Shown here piece after piece: positions 8,947 to 18,388 of a stretch of 64,000 nt of DNA. Both the position numbers and the translations under genes were made by a program. Origin of the DNA: Candidatus Latescibacterota bacterium (GTDB lineage Bacteria; Latescibacterota; UBA2968; GCA-2709665). Under the pieces are notes generated by a model, which saw only the letters and a list, made by a program, of their open reading frames with translations, was not told the DNA's origin and did no database searches. Positions within the stretch are counted from its first letter, which is position 1. Each line of letters begins with the position of its first letter. The stretch is from NCBI GenBank assembly GCA_965237675.1, contig OZ250150.1, positions 4,096,001 to 4,160,000 on the forward strand. The letters are read 5' to 3'.

Positions 8947-9732
8947 TCAGCCCCGCGCCAGGTCCCGGTAAGCCCTGAAGAGATCCGAGTAATACGCCAC
9001 GAACATCCACAGATCCCCCACCCCCCGATCGGGGCTTCGCTCCGCTTCGGCTGACATATACCCGCCGTATTCTTTCTCGTGAAGCAACCGGAACAATTCC
9101 CGATACGGATATCCCTGGCCGGCCAGATCGTGCATATGAACGTGGTCCAGCCAGGGCCAGACGGTATCCAGGGCCAGTTTCACGGAACCCTCCACAACAT
9201 CCTCCGGCACCGAGTTCCAGATCAGACCCAGATTCTCATGATCCACCTGCTCGGCCACCGACCGGCACGATTGCCAGTCGAACTCGCCGTGCAGTTCCAG
9301 ACAGGGCTTGACACCCTTCCCGGAACCGTACGCACAGAGTTCGTTCAGCGCCTCCGCCACCTGAGCGATCGTTTTCTCTCTCGGTACGTCTTTGGGAAAG
9401 TTGTTTCCGAATACACGAACCCTGGGCGCCCCCAGATCGGCCGCCAGATCCATCCGTACTTTGGTCTGTTCGATATGATCTCGAAGGTCTGACGCATCCG
9501 TATCGTGATACCGGTTTCCCGTGGCGATGCTGATGATTTCAATGCCGGCGTCCTGGCAGTCGGCCGCCACCTGCTGGCGTTCAGCGCCATCTATTGACGC
9601 CTCCACGCCGTGCCCGTGACCCAGGTCCGTCCGAAACTCGACGCCCTCGAACCCGTGGTCTCGTAGCGTCTGCAGCAAGTCCTGGCGTGAAAGGTCCTTC
9701 AGGACCCCATAGGTCATCCAGGATGGCTTCAT
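8947..9732 (-). CDS. Sugar phosphate isomerase/epimerase (TIM barrel)
   Basis: GFEGVEFR, RVRVFG, LELHG, HVHMHD, SAE motifs. Confidence 0.85.
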   Translation of the reverse strand: MKPSWMTYGVLKDLSRQDLLQTLRDHGFEGVEFRTDLGHGHGVEASIDGAERQQVAADCQDAGIEIISIATGNRYHDTDASDLRDHIEQTKVRMDLAADLGAPRVRVFGNNFPKDVPREKTIAQVAEALNELCAYGSGKGVKPCLELHGEFDWQSCRSVAEQVDHENLGLIWNSVPEDVVEGSVKLALDTVWPWLDHVHMHDLAGQGYPYRELFRLLHEKEYGGYMSAEAERSPDRGVGDLWMFVAYYSDLFRAYRDLARG

Positions 9733-9753
9733 TATGGTTCTCCTCTCGGGTTT

Positions 9754-10479
9754 TTAGTCCACCGGCTCCTTGCCGATCCTCGCAAAACCCTCCGCATACC
9801 GGCAGTCGCTCATCCCTGCCATATGTTGCGCCTCGATGGCGCGGTATCGGTTCAAGACCGTATAAACTTCCGGCAGCGGCGGCTGCGCCGCCAGCTTCTT
9901 CAGAGCCTGGATCTTCTGTTCGAACACCGATGAAATATCCACGTACAAATCGGGAACGAAACCCGAAACCGGCGACGTCCCCATCGTGGTTTCATAGCAG
10001 GCGATGAGCGGTCGCCGACACGGGGCATCGGCGGTCTTGATTCCCCCTGAATTGCAATAAGAACATGCCCACAGTGCGGCCTGCGTGGTCTCCACGTGAT
10101 CCGGATGCATCACGTCGTTAATCCAGTGACTCAGCACCAGATCCGGTCGGAACCGCCGAACCGCCGCCAGCAGTTGCAGCCGCCGGTCGGGTCCGACCAC
10201 CAGCGGACTGTCTCCAAAATCGAAACAATCGATGCTCGCACCCAGGATTTCTGCGGCCGCCTCGAATTCCTCCTTGCGCCTCGCCTTGACATCCTCCAGG
10301 GTGCGTTCGGGATTCTCCGCCCACAGTGCCGGCGATTCGCAGCGTTCTCCATACGTCAGGTTATGGACGTGCACCGTGCCGCCCGCCTTTACGAAACGAA
10401 TGATCGCCCCCCCTGCTCGCGAACAGAAATCCGCGGCATGGGCGCTGAACACCAGCACTCGCATTCTGTCCCGGATCAT
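9754..10479 (-). CDS. PIG-L family Zn enzyme, GalB (4-oxalomesaconate hydratase)-like
   Basis: SAHAADF.SRAGGAI, YGERCES..LW, AAAEILGAS, HPDH, YAEGF; the N-terminus follows the GalB pattern SAHxADFVWRAGGAI. Confidence 0.8.
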   Translation of the reverse strand: MIRDRMRVLVFSAHAADFCSRAGGAIIRFVKAGGTVHVHNLTYGERCESPALWAENPERTLEDVKARRKEEFEAAAEILGASIDCFDFGDSPLVVGPDRRLQLLAAVRRFRPDLVLSHWINDVMHPDHVETTQAALWACSYCNSGGIKTADAPCRRPLIACYETTMGTSPVSGFVPDLYVDISSVFEQKIQALKKLAAQPPLPEVYTVLNRYRAIEAQHMAGMSDCRYAEGFARIGKEPVD

Positions 10480-10490
10480 TCCATCCTCCC

Positions 10491-10531
10491 TTGGAAGCTG
10501 TTTTAAAACCCCCAGCGGTCTTCGCGCCTCT
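10491..10531. repeat. Truncated copy of the left end of the 14078-14278 element
   Basis: TTGGAAGCTGTTTTAAAACCCCCAGCGGTCTTCGCGCCT versus TTGGAAGCTGTCTTAAAACCCCCATCGGACTTTGCGCCT at 14073. Confidence 0.75.
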
Positions 10532-10532
10532 G

Positions 10533-11285
10533 CTACGCGTTACGACCATATTCAGGCAGCGATCCGTCGTCTTCCGGGATGTACCCCAGCATCTCCCGTG
10601 CGTTGGACAGATCCCATTTCTTCTCGCTGCCACCCGACACACCGTAAAAAATCCCGAACTTCACATGTTCCGCTTCGATGGACCTCCAGACCAGTTGCGC
10701 CAGATCCCTCGGGCTCAGCCAGCGGGAATACCCGGGCTCATACCGCTGTTCCGGCGTGTCTTTGTCGTTGTAATTCGCCACCCGCAAGCAGATCACACGG
10801 ATTCCGTGCCGTTCCGAATAAAATCTGCCGAGGGCTTCGCCGAAGGCCTTTCCCGCGCCGTAAACGCCATCCGGCCGCACAGGGCTCTCCGGGGTTGAAA
10901 CAAGCCCTTCCTTCTCATATAAACCCGTGACATGATTGGTACTTGCGAAAACAACCGTGGGCACGTTATTTATTCGAGCAGCCTCGAGAATATTATACAC
11001 GCCCGGATTATCGACTTCCAGGGTTGCCCTGGCCACATCGTCGGCCGTCATCCCGCTCCAGCGTCGGATCGCCAGGTGTACGATAGCGTCCACGCCGGAC
11101 GCGGCTTCGACCATTGCCGCACCATCCGCAACACTGGCGACGACGACCTGGTCGTCCGGACGCACATCATCCGGCACCCTCGAGTGCAGAAGGAGCCGGA
11201 AATCGTATCGTGCCCTCAGCCGGGACCGAATACACGTACCGATCGACCCGGCCGCACCGGTCAGGAATATCTGTTTCTTCAGCAT
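10533..11285 (-). CDS. NAD-dependent epimerase/dehydrogenase, uronate dehydrogenase-like
   Basis: TGAAGSIG, IVHLA, FASTNHVTG, RPDGVYGAGKAFGE (YxxxK), WLSPRDL, YGVS, WDLS. Confidence 0.85.
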   Translation of the reverse strand: MLKKQIFLTGAAGSIGTCIRSRLRARYDFRLLLHSRVPDDVRPDDQVVVASVADGAAMVEAASGVDAIVHLAIRRWSGMTADDVARATLEVDNPGVYNILEAARINNVPTVVFASTNHVTGLYEKEGLVSTPESPVRPDGVYGAGKAFGEALGRFYSERHGIRVICLRVANYNDKDTPEQRYEPGYSRWLSPRDLAQLVWRSIEAEHVKFGIFYGVSGGSEKKWDLSNAREMLGYIPEDDGSLPEYGRNA

Positions 11286-11570
11286 GGAGCGGGCGAATCC
11301 TCCGGCTCTGATTGAACGTGAAAAACAAGACCGAACTTTCGTGCGCCCCGGATGGAGGGAAGATGTCTGCCCGGATCGGACTCAGACGTTCGAGAGGGTC
11401 CGGAAGCGCCATCGGATTGGACAGTCAAAACACGAATTCCTGAAGATAGCACCTCCCTCCCGCAAATGCAATTTCCATTGACCCGGCCCTTAGCAGCCCG
11501 TTGAATACCGTTTCGTTTTTGTATATCTTCAATCCGTCCGGCAAACCCCGTCTATCGTTGTGGAGGCACC

Positions 11571-12335
11571 GTGACGCCAATCGACATCCGATGGATTCTC
11601 AGCATAACCCGGAAAGCCGGAGAAATCGCCCTTTCTCATTTCGGCAAGACAAAAGGCACGCTCAAGCCCGACAATTCCTGGGTGACCCAGGCAGACCTGG
11701 ATGTGGAAGCCTATCTGAGGGAAGAGCTGGCATCCGCGCGTCCGGATGACGCCGTACTCGGTGAAGAGGGCGATGATCCGCCACCGACGGCGTCAATCGT
11801 ATGGGCGATCGATCCGATCGACGGCACGCGGGCATTCAACCACGGCCTGCCCGTCTGGGGCGTCTCCATCGGTGCGTTTGAACACGGTAAACCATCCGTG
11901 GGCGCCTTCATTCTTCCGGTCCTGGGAGACACTTATTACACCGACGGTGTCATGGCCTTCTACAACGGCCGGCCGCTCGCGCCGCCGGCACCGTCGCTCG
12001 ATTCCAACGCCCTCTTGCTGGTCAGCGAAGGCGCATTCAAACATCTCAGGATCGACTATCCTGGGAAAACCCTCAGCCTCGGATCTGCCGCCGCACATCT
12101 CTGCTACGTTGCCAGGGGATCCGCGGTGGGCGCATTCGACCACGCGTCGATATGGGACTATGCCGCGGGCGCAGCCATCTTGAAGGTGCTGGGTGTTCGA
12201 CTGCGGTACCTTTCCGGAAAGACGGTGGACTTTGAGGAATTATTCAGAGTAAAGGAGGCGCCGGAACCCACCCTCGCGGCCCCGGACATCCACTTCAGCG
12301 CCCTGCAATATGCTTTTCTGTCCGCGGAGAAATAG
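11571..12335 (+). CDS. Inositol monophosphatase family protein
   Basis: VTQAD, LGEE, WAIDPIDGT, WDYAAG. Confidence 0.92.
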   Translation: MTPIDIRWILSITRKAGEIALSHFGKTKGTLKPDNSWVTQADLDVEAYLREELASARPDDAVLGEEGDDPPPTASIVWAIDPIDGTRAFNHGLPVWGVSIGAFEHGKPSVGAFILPVLGDTYYTDGVMAFYNGRPLAPPAPSLDSNALLLVSEGAFKHLRIDYPGKTLSLGSAAAHLCYVARGSAVGAFDHASIWDYAAGAAILKVLGVRLRYLSGKTVDFEELFRVKEAPEPTLAAPDIHFSALQYAFLSAEK

Positions 12336-12446
12336 CTGCCTCTTCCCGGTGCATATTGCGTAACATCCGGTCAACAGGTTGACGGGAGCGGGCGCTGCAG
12401 CGCATCGAATTCCGGCGCCGGAATTCATCCCCCGCCGCATGGTAAC

Positions 12447-13205
12447 CTAATCCGACATCCCGTAGATTCTCGCCAGGTTCTCTCCAAAAATCAGCCGCTC
12501 GGCGTCGCTCCCCAACTCCAGCCGCCGGATGGCCCGCTTCACCTGGATGGGCCGGTATTCCGGCAGGTTGGAACCGAAGACCACCCGCTCCGGTCCCAGT
12601 TTCTCCACCGCCGTCCTGACTTCCACCGGTACGGCCTGCTCCGGGTTATCCGCCCACCGCTTGTGAAAACGCAAGATGGTCGTGCCCATGTATACGTTCT
12701 TGTGACGCAGGCACACCGCCATTGCCTCGTCGAAATGGTCCGGAAAACCCATATGGTCCAGGATAACCGCCGCGTCGGGAATGCGCCCCGCGACTACGGC
12801 GGCGCGATCCGCGCTGCAATTCTCCACGCCAGTATGAATCGAAACGACGATGCCCAACTCCTGTGCAGCGTCGACAAACGGAAAAACCATCGGATCGTCC
12901 ACCTCGAACTTGTGGATCGCGCCCATCAGCTTCATACCCCTCGCCCCCCGGGCCACGTACTCCTTCAACCGGGCAACGCCCAACTCCCCCATATGCGGAT
13001 CCATCATCACGCACGGCAACAGGTTCGGATGCCCGGCGGTCCGTTCCAGCAACCCGTCGTTATCCGGATCCACCTTTGCGTCCGGCATGACCACCGCCAT
13101 GCCGATCCCCGCTTCAGCTTCGCACTCGAGCAACGCCGCTACCGTCATCGGATGTCCGTACCAATCTTCCGCCAGGTAGGCCTCGAAATCAGCCGTTATT
13201 GCCAT
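12447..13205 (-). CDS. Amidohydrolase_2 family protein with atypical metal site
   Basis: GMKL, SIHTG, ILDHMG, GPERVVFGSNLP, IFGENLARI; the N-terminal HxH is replaced by EAY. Confidence 0.8.
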   Translation of the reverse strand: MAITADFEAYLAEDWYGHPMTVAALLECEAEAGIGMAVVMPDAKVDPDNDGLLERTAGHPNLLPCVMMDPHMGELGVARLKEYVARGARGMKLMGAIHKFEVDDPMVFPFVDAAQELGIVVSIHTGVENCSADRAAVVAGRIPDAAVILDHMGFPDHFDEAMAVCLRHKNVYMGTTILRFHKRWADNPEQAVPVEVRTAVEKLGPERVVFGSNLPEYRPIQVKRAIRRLELGSDAERLIFGENLARIYGMSD

Positions 13206-13256
13206 GTGATAACCTCCTTATTCAGTTTCGGAACCCTCTACGCACGATGCCGGTGC

Positions 13257-14054
13257 TCAGCCCAACTGCAGCGCCCGCCACCTATCGTATGCCCTGTGCA
13301 TCCCCGCCGGCAGGAATTCACGTACATTGTCCGCAAGCATCCATTTCACTCGTTCGTCTGTCGCCTGCGCCTCTTCACTTTCCACATGTTTGTGCCAACT
13401 CCCCGCAAGTGTCAACCTCTCGGGCTCGGTATTATATATACCGCGATGAACCGCATTGCCGGTCCAGAAGATCGTCTGTCCTGCCTTCAGGTTGATCACC
13501 TTCTGTGTCGATATGTCCGCGTGCCGATTTTTCAACAGGCACTCCCGTTCCTCATCCGTACGGTACCGCCTGTGGCTGCCCGGCACAAGCTGCAGGCAGC
13601 CGTCGTCAACCAGCGCCAGGTGCCACTTTAATGACACCATCGGCCGGTTGAGGATTTCCATTTCTACGTCATAGGACCCGTCCCGCTCATTGGTGCCGAA
13701 ATCCCGGTGCCACCCTCCGCTCCAATCTACCTCGTCGGGCGTTGTGAAAATGACGACGCCGCCCAAACACAGGTCGCTTCCCAGCAGCGGTTCGACGTAT
13801 CGCATCACCGGTTGGGACATCAGGTATTCCGCAAATACAGGTTCGTTGAATTCCGGTGCAAACAACCCCCTGATCGCCCACGGCTCCCCACCGGGTGTCC
13901 GGTGTGTGTACACGTCCACCTCTCGGGAACGCGTTTTGGCCTTCACGCGCCGCGTGGCGTCGAGAAGCGGCTCCAGCATGCCCTGATCAACGGCATCATC
14001 CACGACAAAATAGCCCTGTGTCTCGTACTGTTCCGTGACGTCTTCCAAAACCAT
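13257..14054 (-). CDS. PhyH family Fe(II)/2-oxoglutarate dioxygenase
   Basis: YETQGYFVV, WHRD (HxD), GCLQLVPGSH, KAGQTIFW..VHRG. Confidence 0.88.
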   Translation of the reverse strand: MVLEDVTEQYETQGYFVVDDAVDQGMLEPLLDATRRVKAKTRSREVDVYTHRTPGGEPWAIRGLFAPEFNEPVFAEYLMSQPVMRYVEPLLGSDLCLGGVVIFTTPDEVDWSGGWHRDFGTNERDGSYDVEMEILNRPMVSLKWHLALVDDGCLQLVPGSHRRYRTDEERECLLKNRHADISTQKVINLKAGQTIFWTGNAVHRGIYNTEPERLTLAGSWHKHVESEEAQATDERVKWMLADNVREFLPAGMHRAYDRWRALQLG

Positions 14055-14077
14055 GAGCCAAATCCTCCATTTTTGGA

Positions 14078-14278
14078 AGCTGTCTTAAAACCCCCATCGG
14101 ACTTTGCGCCTGCCTGCACGGCGCACTGCGCTGCAGGCAGGTCGGTCTGCGTTGGTCCAATCCACCCGTATCTTTAGGTACGGGCGCCTTCGCCAGTCGG
14201 CGCTGCGCGCCCCTCGCGCCTCAGGACCGACACCTTTTCGCGCGCGCTGGGGAACGCACCAGGAATTTTAAAACAGCT
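14078..14278. mobile_element. MITE-like element (~200 bp) with 13-bp terminal inverted repeats
   Basis: AGCTGTCTTAAAA (14078-14090) and TTTTAAAACAGCT (14266-14278); internal hairpin CCTGCCTGCA..TGCAGGCAGG; no transposase; partial second copy at 10491. Confidence 0.55.
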
Positions 14279-14287
14279 ACTTAATGT

Positions 14288-17200
14288 TCACCACTCCTTC
14301 TTCCAGAAAAGCCCCAGTGACTTCCGATCGCGTTCCCGTTCGTTGCCCTCCCTCTGCTGCGCCTCCAGTGTAACCTGCGGCAACAGTTCGTATTCCACGA
14401 CGACCTCCCTCCCCGTTGCCTTGGAGACATCCTGCGCGTAGCTGACGAAGAACCGGGAGCCGAAATACTTTCCCGCCCGCACCCGGGTTGCAGAGTTTCC
14501 CATTCCAAGGTCTATCTCCACGACGTCCAGATTCAACCGCTGTCCGATCGTACGCTTCAACTGGTTTGCCGCCACACCCAGTACAAGGATCGCAGCCTGC
14601 CCTTCCAGCCGGCCCCCGGCGCCGCCTTCCCCACGCATCAACCCGGACACGTCGTCGGCCGGCCTTCCGATCAACAGGTAAGAAAGGATGTCCGCTTCGG
14701 CCAAGGGTGGCGTCGTATCACTTTCCAGGGAAATATTGGGTTCCAGAAGCGTTCCCCCCACAACGACGCTGATCACCGCGTTTTCGTTGGAAACCAGCCT
14801 GACCCTGCGGGTTGCTATGATGTAGAGATCGGGATTGATATCCGAACTACCACGGAAATTGATTTCTCCTCGGTCGATCGCAAAACTGGAATTCTGAAAC
14901 TCGTACCGACCCTGCCTGCTATCGAGAGATCCGTAAACCCTGAGTCCCTCCTGGTCCTTCACCAGATCCACGTCACCTGAAATCTCGACATTCAAATTCC
15001 TGTCCCGGATCCAGACATTCCGAGAGGCCGATACCCGGATGTCGCAGTTCAGATTCCGAAAGAATGGAGACGTCGTCCAGGAAACGTCGGTCGGATATTC
15101 GATGAAATCGGACAGCCGTAGCACCGCTCGGGTCAACCCCGCCTTACCTTCTATTCGCCCCCCCTCCGCATTCCCATGCAGCTTCAATTCCGCATTTAGT
15201 GTCGCTTTGAGTTCCGGCAGGTCGATCACCTTAAATTCCTTGGCCTGGAACGCGATATCGTAATCCTCCATCGCGTTTTCGCCCAGTTTTGCTCTTCCGC
15301 TGAGCGCGAGCCTTCCCTTTCCATCTACGGCCTCGAGCCGTCCCAGGACGTTTCCATTGTCTTCAAAGCTGAGTTCCGCTTCTACATTCTTGAAGGTCTT
15401 GTTCAGGGGCGCAATCCGGGCGGTTCCGTCACGAAGACGAACCCATCCGTTCTGCCGAAGCGCTCGGGGAGTGCCCCTGACGTTCAGGTTCATCGCCAGA
15501 TGACCTCCTGCGTTCCGCACCTCCGGGATCACGTGCGGCAGAAAGTCCAGGTCTACGCCGTCCGATTCCAGTGACACCTGAACTGGCCCGTCGGGAAACA
15601 GGTCTTCCCGCCGCCCGGCGAATATATCCAGCGGGAATTTCCCCCGCACGACAGCCTCCCTTCCGGACGACTGCACCACCTTCAAGTCAAACGTCGTGCG
15701 GTCATTCCCATAACTCGCCGTCCCGGAAAGATTCGCGATGCTGACGCCGCGGACGGTGCCATCCTTAAGATCGAAGCCGGTCTCCAACCGGGGGTCTTGC
15801 AGCGTCCCGGAAAAGGTGGCCTCCCCTTTCATCGTGCCGCTCACCTCGCCTTCCAACCCGGCAAGAAACGCCCATGTACCCAGATCCACGTCCTCCAGTT
15901 GCAACGTCACGCCGGCAGGTTCTCCGGAGTGCCCACTCGCTCGAATCCTGCCACCGGTTCCAACCATCCTGAACCGCTCCACCGAGACACCTGCGTCGGG
16001 GAGATACCGCAGCCGGCAGGGGCCGTCGTTCAGCAGGGTCGCATCGCCCACGTGAACCGCAAGTGAATCCAGATCGATCCAATATTCCGCGTTGGACGTT
16101 CCGGCGCGGCCCCGGAGATGGAGATAATCGATGTCGTCCGCACGACTGCCCATTACAAAAGATACCCCGGCTTCATCGAGGCCCAGATCCAGAGATACGT
16201 CCCGGATCACCCGGTCACCCCACACTACGGATTCCCCCCGGAAAAACAAACCGGGTTGCGCCGGGGACTGCCATCTCATTCCAGCCTTGACTCCCTTTAT
16301 CTTTACATCCCGGTAGTTGAGGCTGTCGGCCTCCAGATCCACACGGACAACCGGCTTCGACCAGGTTCCACCAAGCCGGGCGATCACCGACGCGGGCGTA
16401 CCTGAGAGTCCCGGCCCTACCATACCGCTCAAGGCTTCGAAATCGTAAACCTGGCCGTTCGCACGGATGTCCAGACTGTCACCCGGGATGATCCAACCCC
16501 GGCCTTCGACGCTCGCTCGCTTACCGGCCAGGATCATTCGATTCACGATTGTCCGGCGACCATGCTGAACCAGGCTCGCTCTCGCGCTATCCAGTTTTCC
16601 GCCGAGAAAACGGGACGCATCCACGATCACGTCCGCGCTGACTTGCACCGAATCCGGGTGAAACCCCTCGCCAGAGAGTCCGATCTGCAGCGACACGTCT
16701 TCCAGGAGGTCGGCGCGGCCCAGGAGCCGATCCACCGCCAGGCCGTCCACCCGCACCCCCGCCCGGTAAGTGGGTTGTTTCCCATCCGGTTTCCAGAATT
16801 GGCCCAGATCGATCCGGCCGTGTCCCCTGACCACGCCGTATCCGTCCGACAGTCTCACCCCCATGCTATCGAAGCTGACAATACCTCGCCGAAACGACCC
16901 GCGGAGCACGAATCCTTTTGCCGGAGGCAGCCCCTCGATATTCAGGTTGTCGAACCTGGCTTCGCCTCGCCAGATCCCATCACCCGACCGCCGCAGCCAG
17001 ATATTCCCCGTGAGGCCGACAACCGGTGGTAAATTCCGTGACACCCGGGTCAGGTCCAGATGTACCAGGCGCGTTCTCAATTCGTAGAACGGCTCCCCTC
17101 CCCTCCTGTCAACTTCCAACCTGGCGGTCAGCCTTCCAGCATGTCCCTCGGCCGCAACGTCAATCGCGAGTTTTCCATTTCGCAGCGAGGCTGACAGGGT

Positions 17201-18334
17201 CGCCGTATCGACGACAGTACCCGAGAATAGCGCACGGGCGATCCCGGCGCTGACGGACACGTCGGCCGTCTGGGGATCCAGGCCCCGTCCTTTCAGCTGA
17301 ACGGCCGCGTCGAACCGGGCCTCCAGCCCCCACTGCGGGCCGATTCTCGCCAGGTCAACCCCGGTCCCGATCGCCTGGATGTCGTAAGCGACGCCCTCAC
17401 GAGAGAATTCAACAAGCCCGGAAAGGTCGCAGGCGGCTGACCCGTAGTTGAATCTCAGATCCATGTTCACGCCGGAGGGATCGCCCCACACCCTGCCGCC
17501 TGCCGCCAGACTTCCCTGTGGATAGGTTCCGGGCAGAATTCGACCTATTTCGCCAAACGCAAGAGAATCCGCACGTAGCACGAAATCGTACTCGGGTCGT
17601 GACAGCCCGGTCATCGTTCCGTCGAACCGGACGTGGGAACCCGGCGTCTGCAGCCGAAGCCCCTCAAACGTCAGCCGTCCATCGGCAAGCAGGGTCAGCC
17701 CCGTCAGATCCCTGATTACCAGAGGAGGATCGAATAGAAGGGACCGGAAACGGCAGAGCGACAATTCGTATCCCGTCGGACCGGCCTGAAACCGCAGGAC
17801 CGCATCCAGGCTGTCGATCCTGCCGGCAGCGCCAAAGCGGCACCGGCCATCCACGACCTCCGCGTGGCGGATGCGAATATCCCATTTCGGACCCTCTGTC
17901 CACCACGCAGGGTCCGAGGCGGGCAACAGGCGAACGGCGGAATCCGCGACGGCCGCACCTACCGGGAGTCGGATCCTCGGGGCGACCAGGACGAGTTTAT
18001 CCACAATCACGGCGCCCCTGAGCAACGCCGTCAACTGATAACGGGCTTCCACTGCGTCCACAATCAGCAGCGGTTGGGATTCAGCGCCGAGGCGCACGCG
18101 TTCCATCCGGAACCCTGTTAAGGGGTTGCCACGAAGGGCGCCGATGCCCACGGCCAGTCCCAGATCCCGGGAGAGCCGCTGCTGCAGATAATCGCGCAGA
18201 TATGGGTTCATCCGTCCCGATCCCAACGCCAGCAGACCGATCCCCGCAGCCACGATCACCGCGGCCGCAAACAGAGTAGCTATTTTAACGATCCGTCTCA
18301 TGAGATTTCGATATGGCACGGTGAACCAACGCAT
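14288..18334 (-). CDS. tamB: Translocation and assembly module TamB (DUF490)
   Basis: N-terminal TM anchor, long beta-rich body, C-terminal NPDL.I.A..GTLLEP.I.L.S..DILSYLL.G..GKY..VEYEL; downstream of an Omp85 gene. Confidence 0.85.
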   Translation of the reverse strand: MRWFTVPYRNLMRRIVKIATLFAAAVIVAAGIGLLALGSGRMNPYLRDYLQQRLSRDLGLAVGIGALRGNPLTGFRMERVRLGAESQPLLIVDAVEARYQLTALLRGAVIVDKLVLVAPRIRLPVGAAVADSAVRLLPASDPAWWTEGPKWDIRIRHAEVVDGRCRFGAAGRIDSLDAVLRFQAGPTGYELSLCRFRSLLFDPPLVIRDLTGLTLLADGRLTFEGLRLQTPGSHVRFDGTMTGLSRPEYDFVLRADSLAFGEIGRILPGTYPQGSLAAGGRVWGDPSGVNMDLRFNYGSAACDLSGLVEFSREGVAYDIQAIGTGVDLARIGPQWGLEARFDAAVQLKGRGLDPQTADVSVSAGIARALFSGTVVDTATLSASLRNGKLAIDVAAEGHAGRLTARLEVDRRGGEPFYELRTRLVHLDLTRVSRNLPPVVGLTGNIWLRRSGDGIWRGEARFDNLNIEGLPPAKGFVLRGSFRRGIVSFDSMGVRLSDGYGVVRGHGRIDLGQFWKPDGKQPTYRAGVRVDGLAVDRLLGRADLLEDVSLQIGLSGEGFHPDSVQVSADVIVDASRFLGGKLDSARASLVQHGRRTIVNRMILAGKRASVEGRGWIIPGDSLDIRANGQVYDFEALSGMVGPGLSGTPASVIARLGGTWSKPVVRVDLEADSLNYRDVKIKGVKAGMRWQSPAQPGLFFRGESVVWGDRVIRDVSLDLGLDEAGVSFVMGSRADDIDYLHLRGRAGTSNAEYWIDLDSLAVHVGDATLLNDGPCRLRYLPDAGVSVERFRMVGTGGRIRASGHSGEPAGVTLQLEDVDLGTWAFLAGLEGEVSGTMKGEATFSGTLQDPRLETGFDLKDGTVRGVSIANLSGTASYGNDRTTFDLKVVQSSGREAVVRGKFPLDIFAGRREDLFPDGPVQVSLESDGVDLDFLPHVIPEVRNAGGHLAMNLNVRGTPRALRQNGWVRLRDGTARIAPLNKTFKNVEAELSFEDNGNVLGRLEAVDGKGRLALSGRAKLGENAMEDYDIAFQAKEFKVIDLPELKATLNAELKLHGNAEGGRIEGKAGLTRAVLRLSDFIEYPTDVSWTTSPFFRNLNCDIRVSASRNVWIRDRNLNVEISGDVDLVKDQEGLRVYGSLDSRQGRYEFQNSSFAIDRGEINFRGSSDINPDLYIIATRRVRLVSNENAVISVVVGGTLLEPNISLESDTTPPLAEADILSYLLIGRPADDVSGLMRGEGGAGGRLEGQAAILVLGVAANQLKRTIGQRLNLDVVEIDLGMGNSATRVRAGKYFGSRFFVSYAQDVSKATGREVVVEYELLPQVTLEAQQREGNERERDRKSLGLFWKKEW

Positions 18335-18388
18335 GCTTCAGATAGGGTCAATGTACGGGTCGTTTCCGTCCGGCCCTCACATGACACT

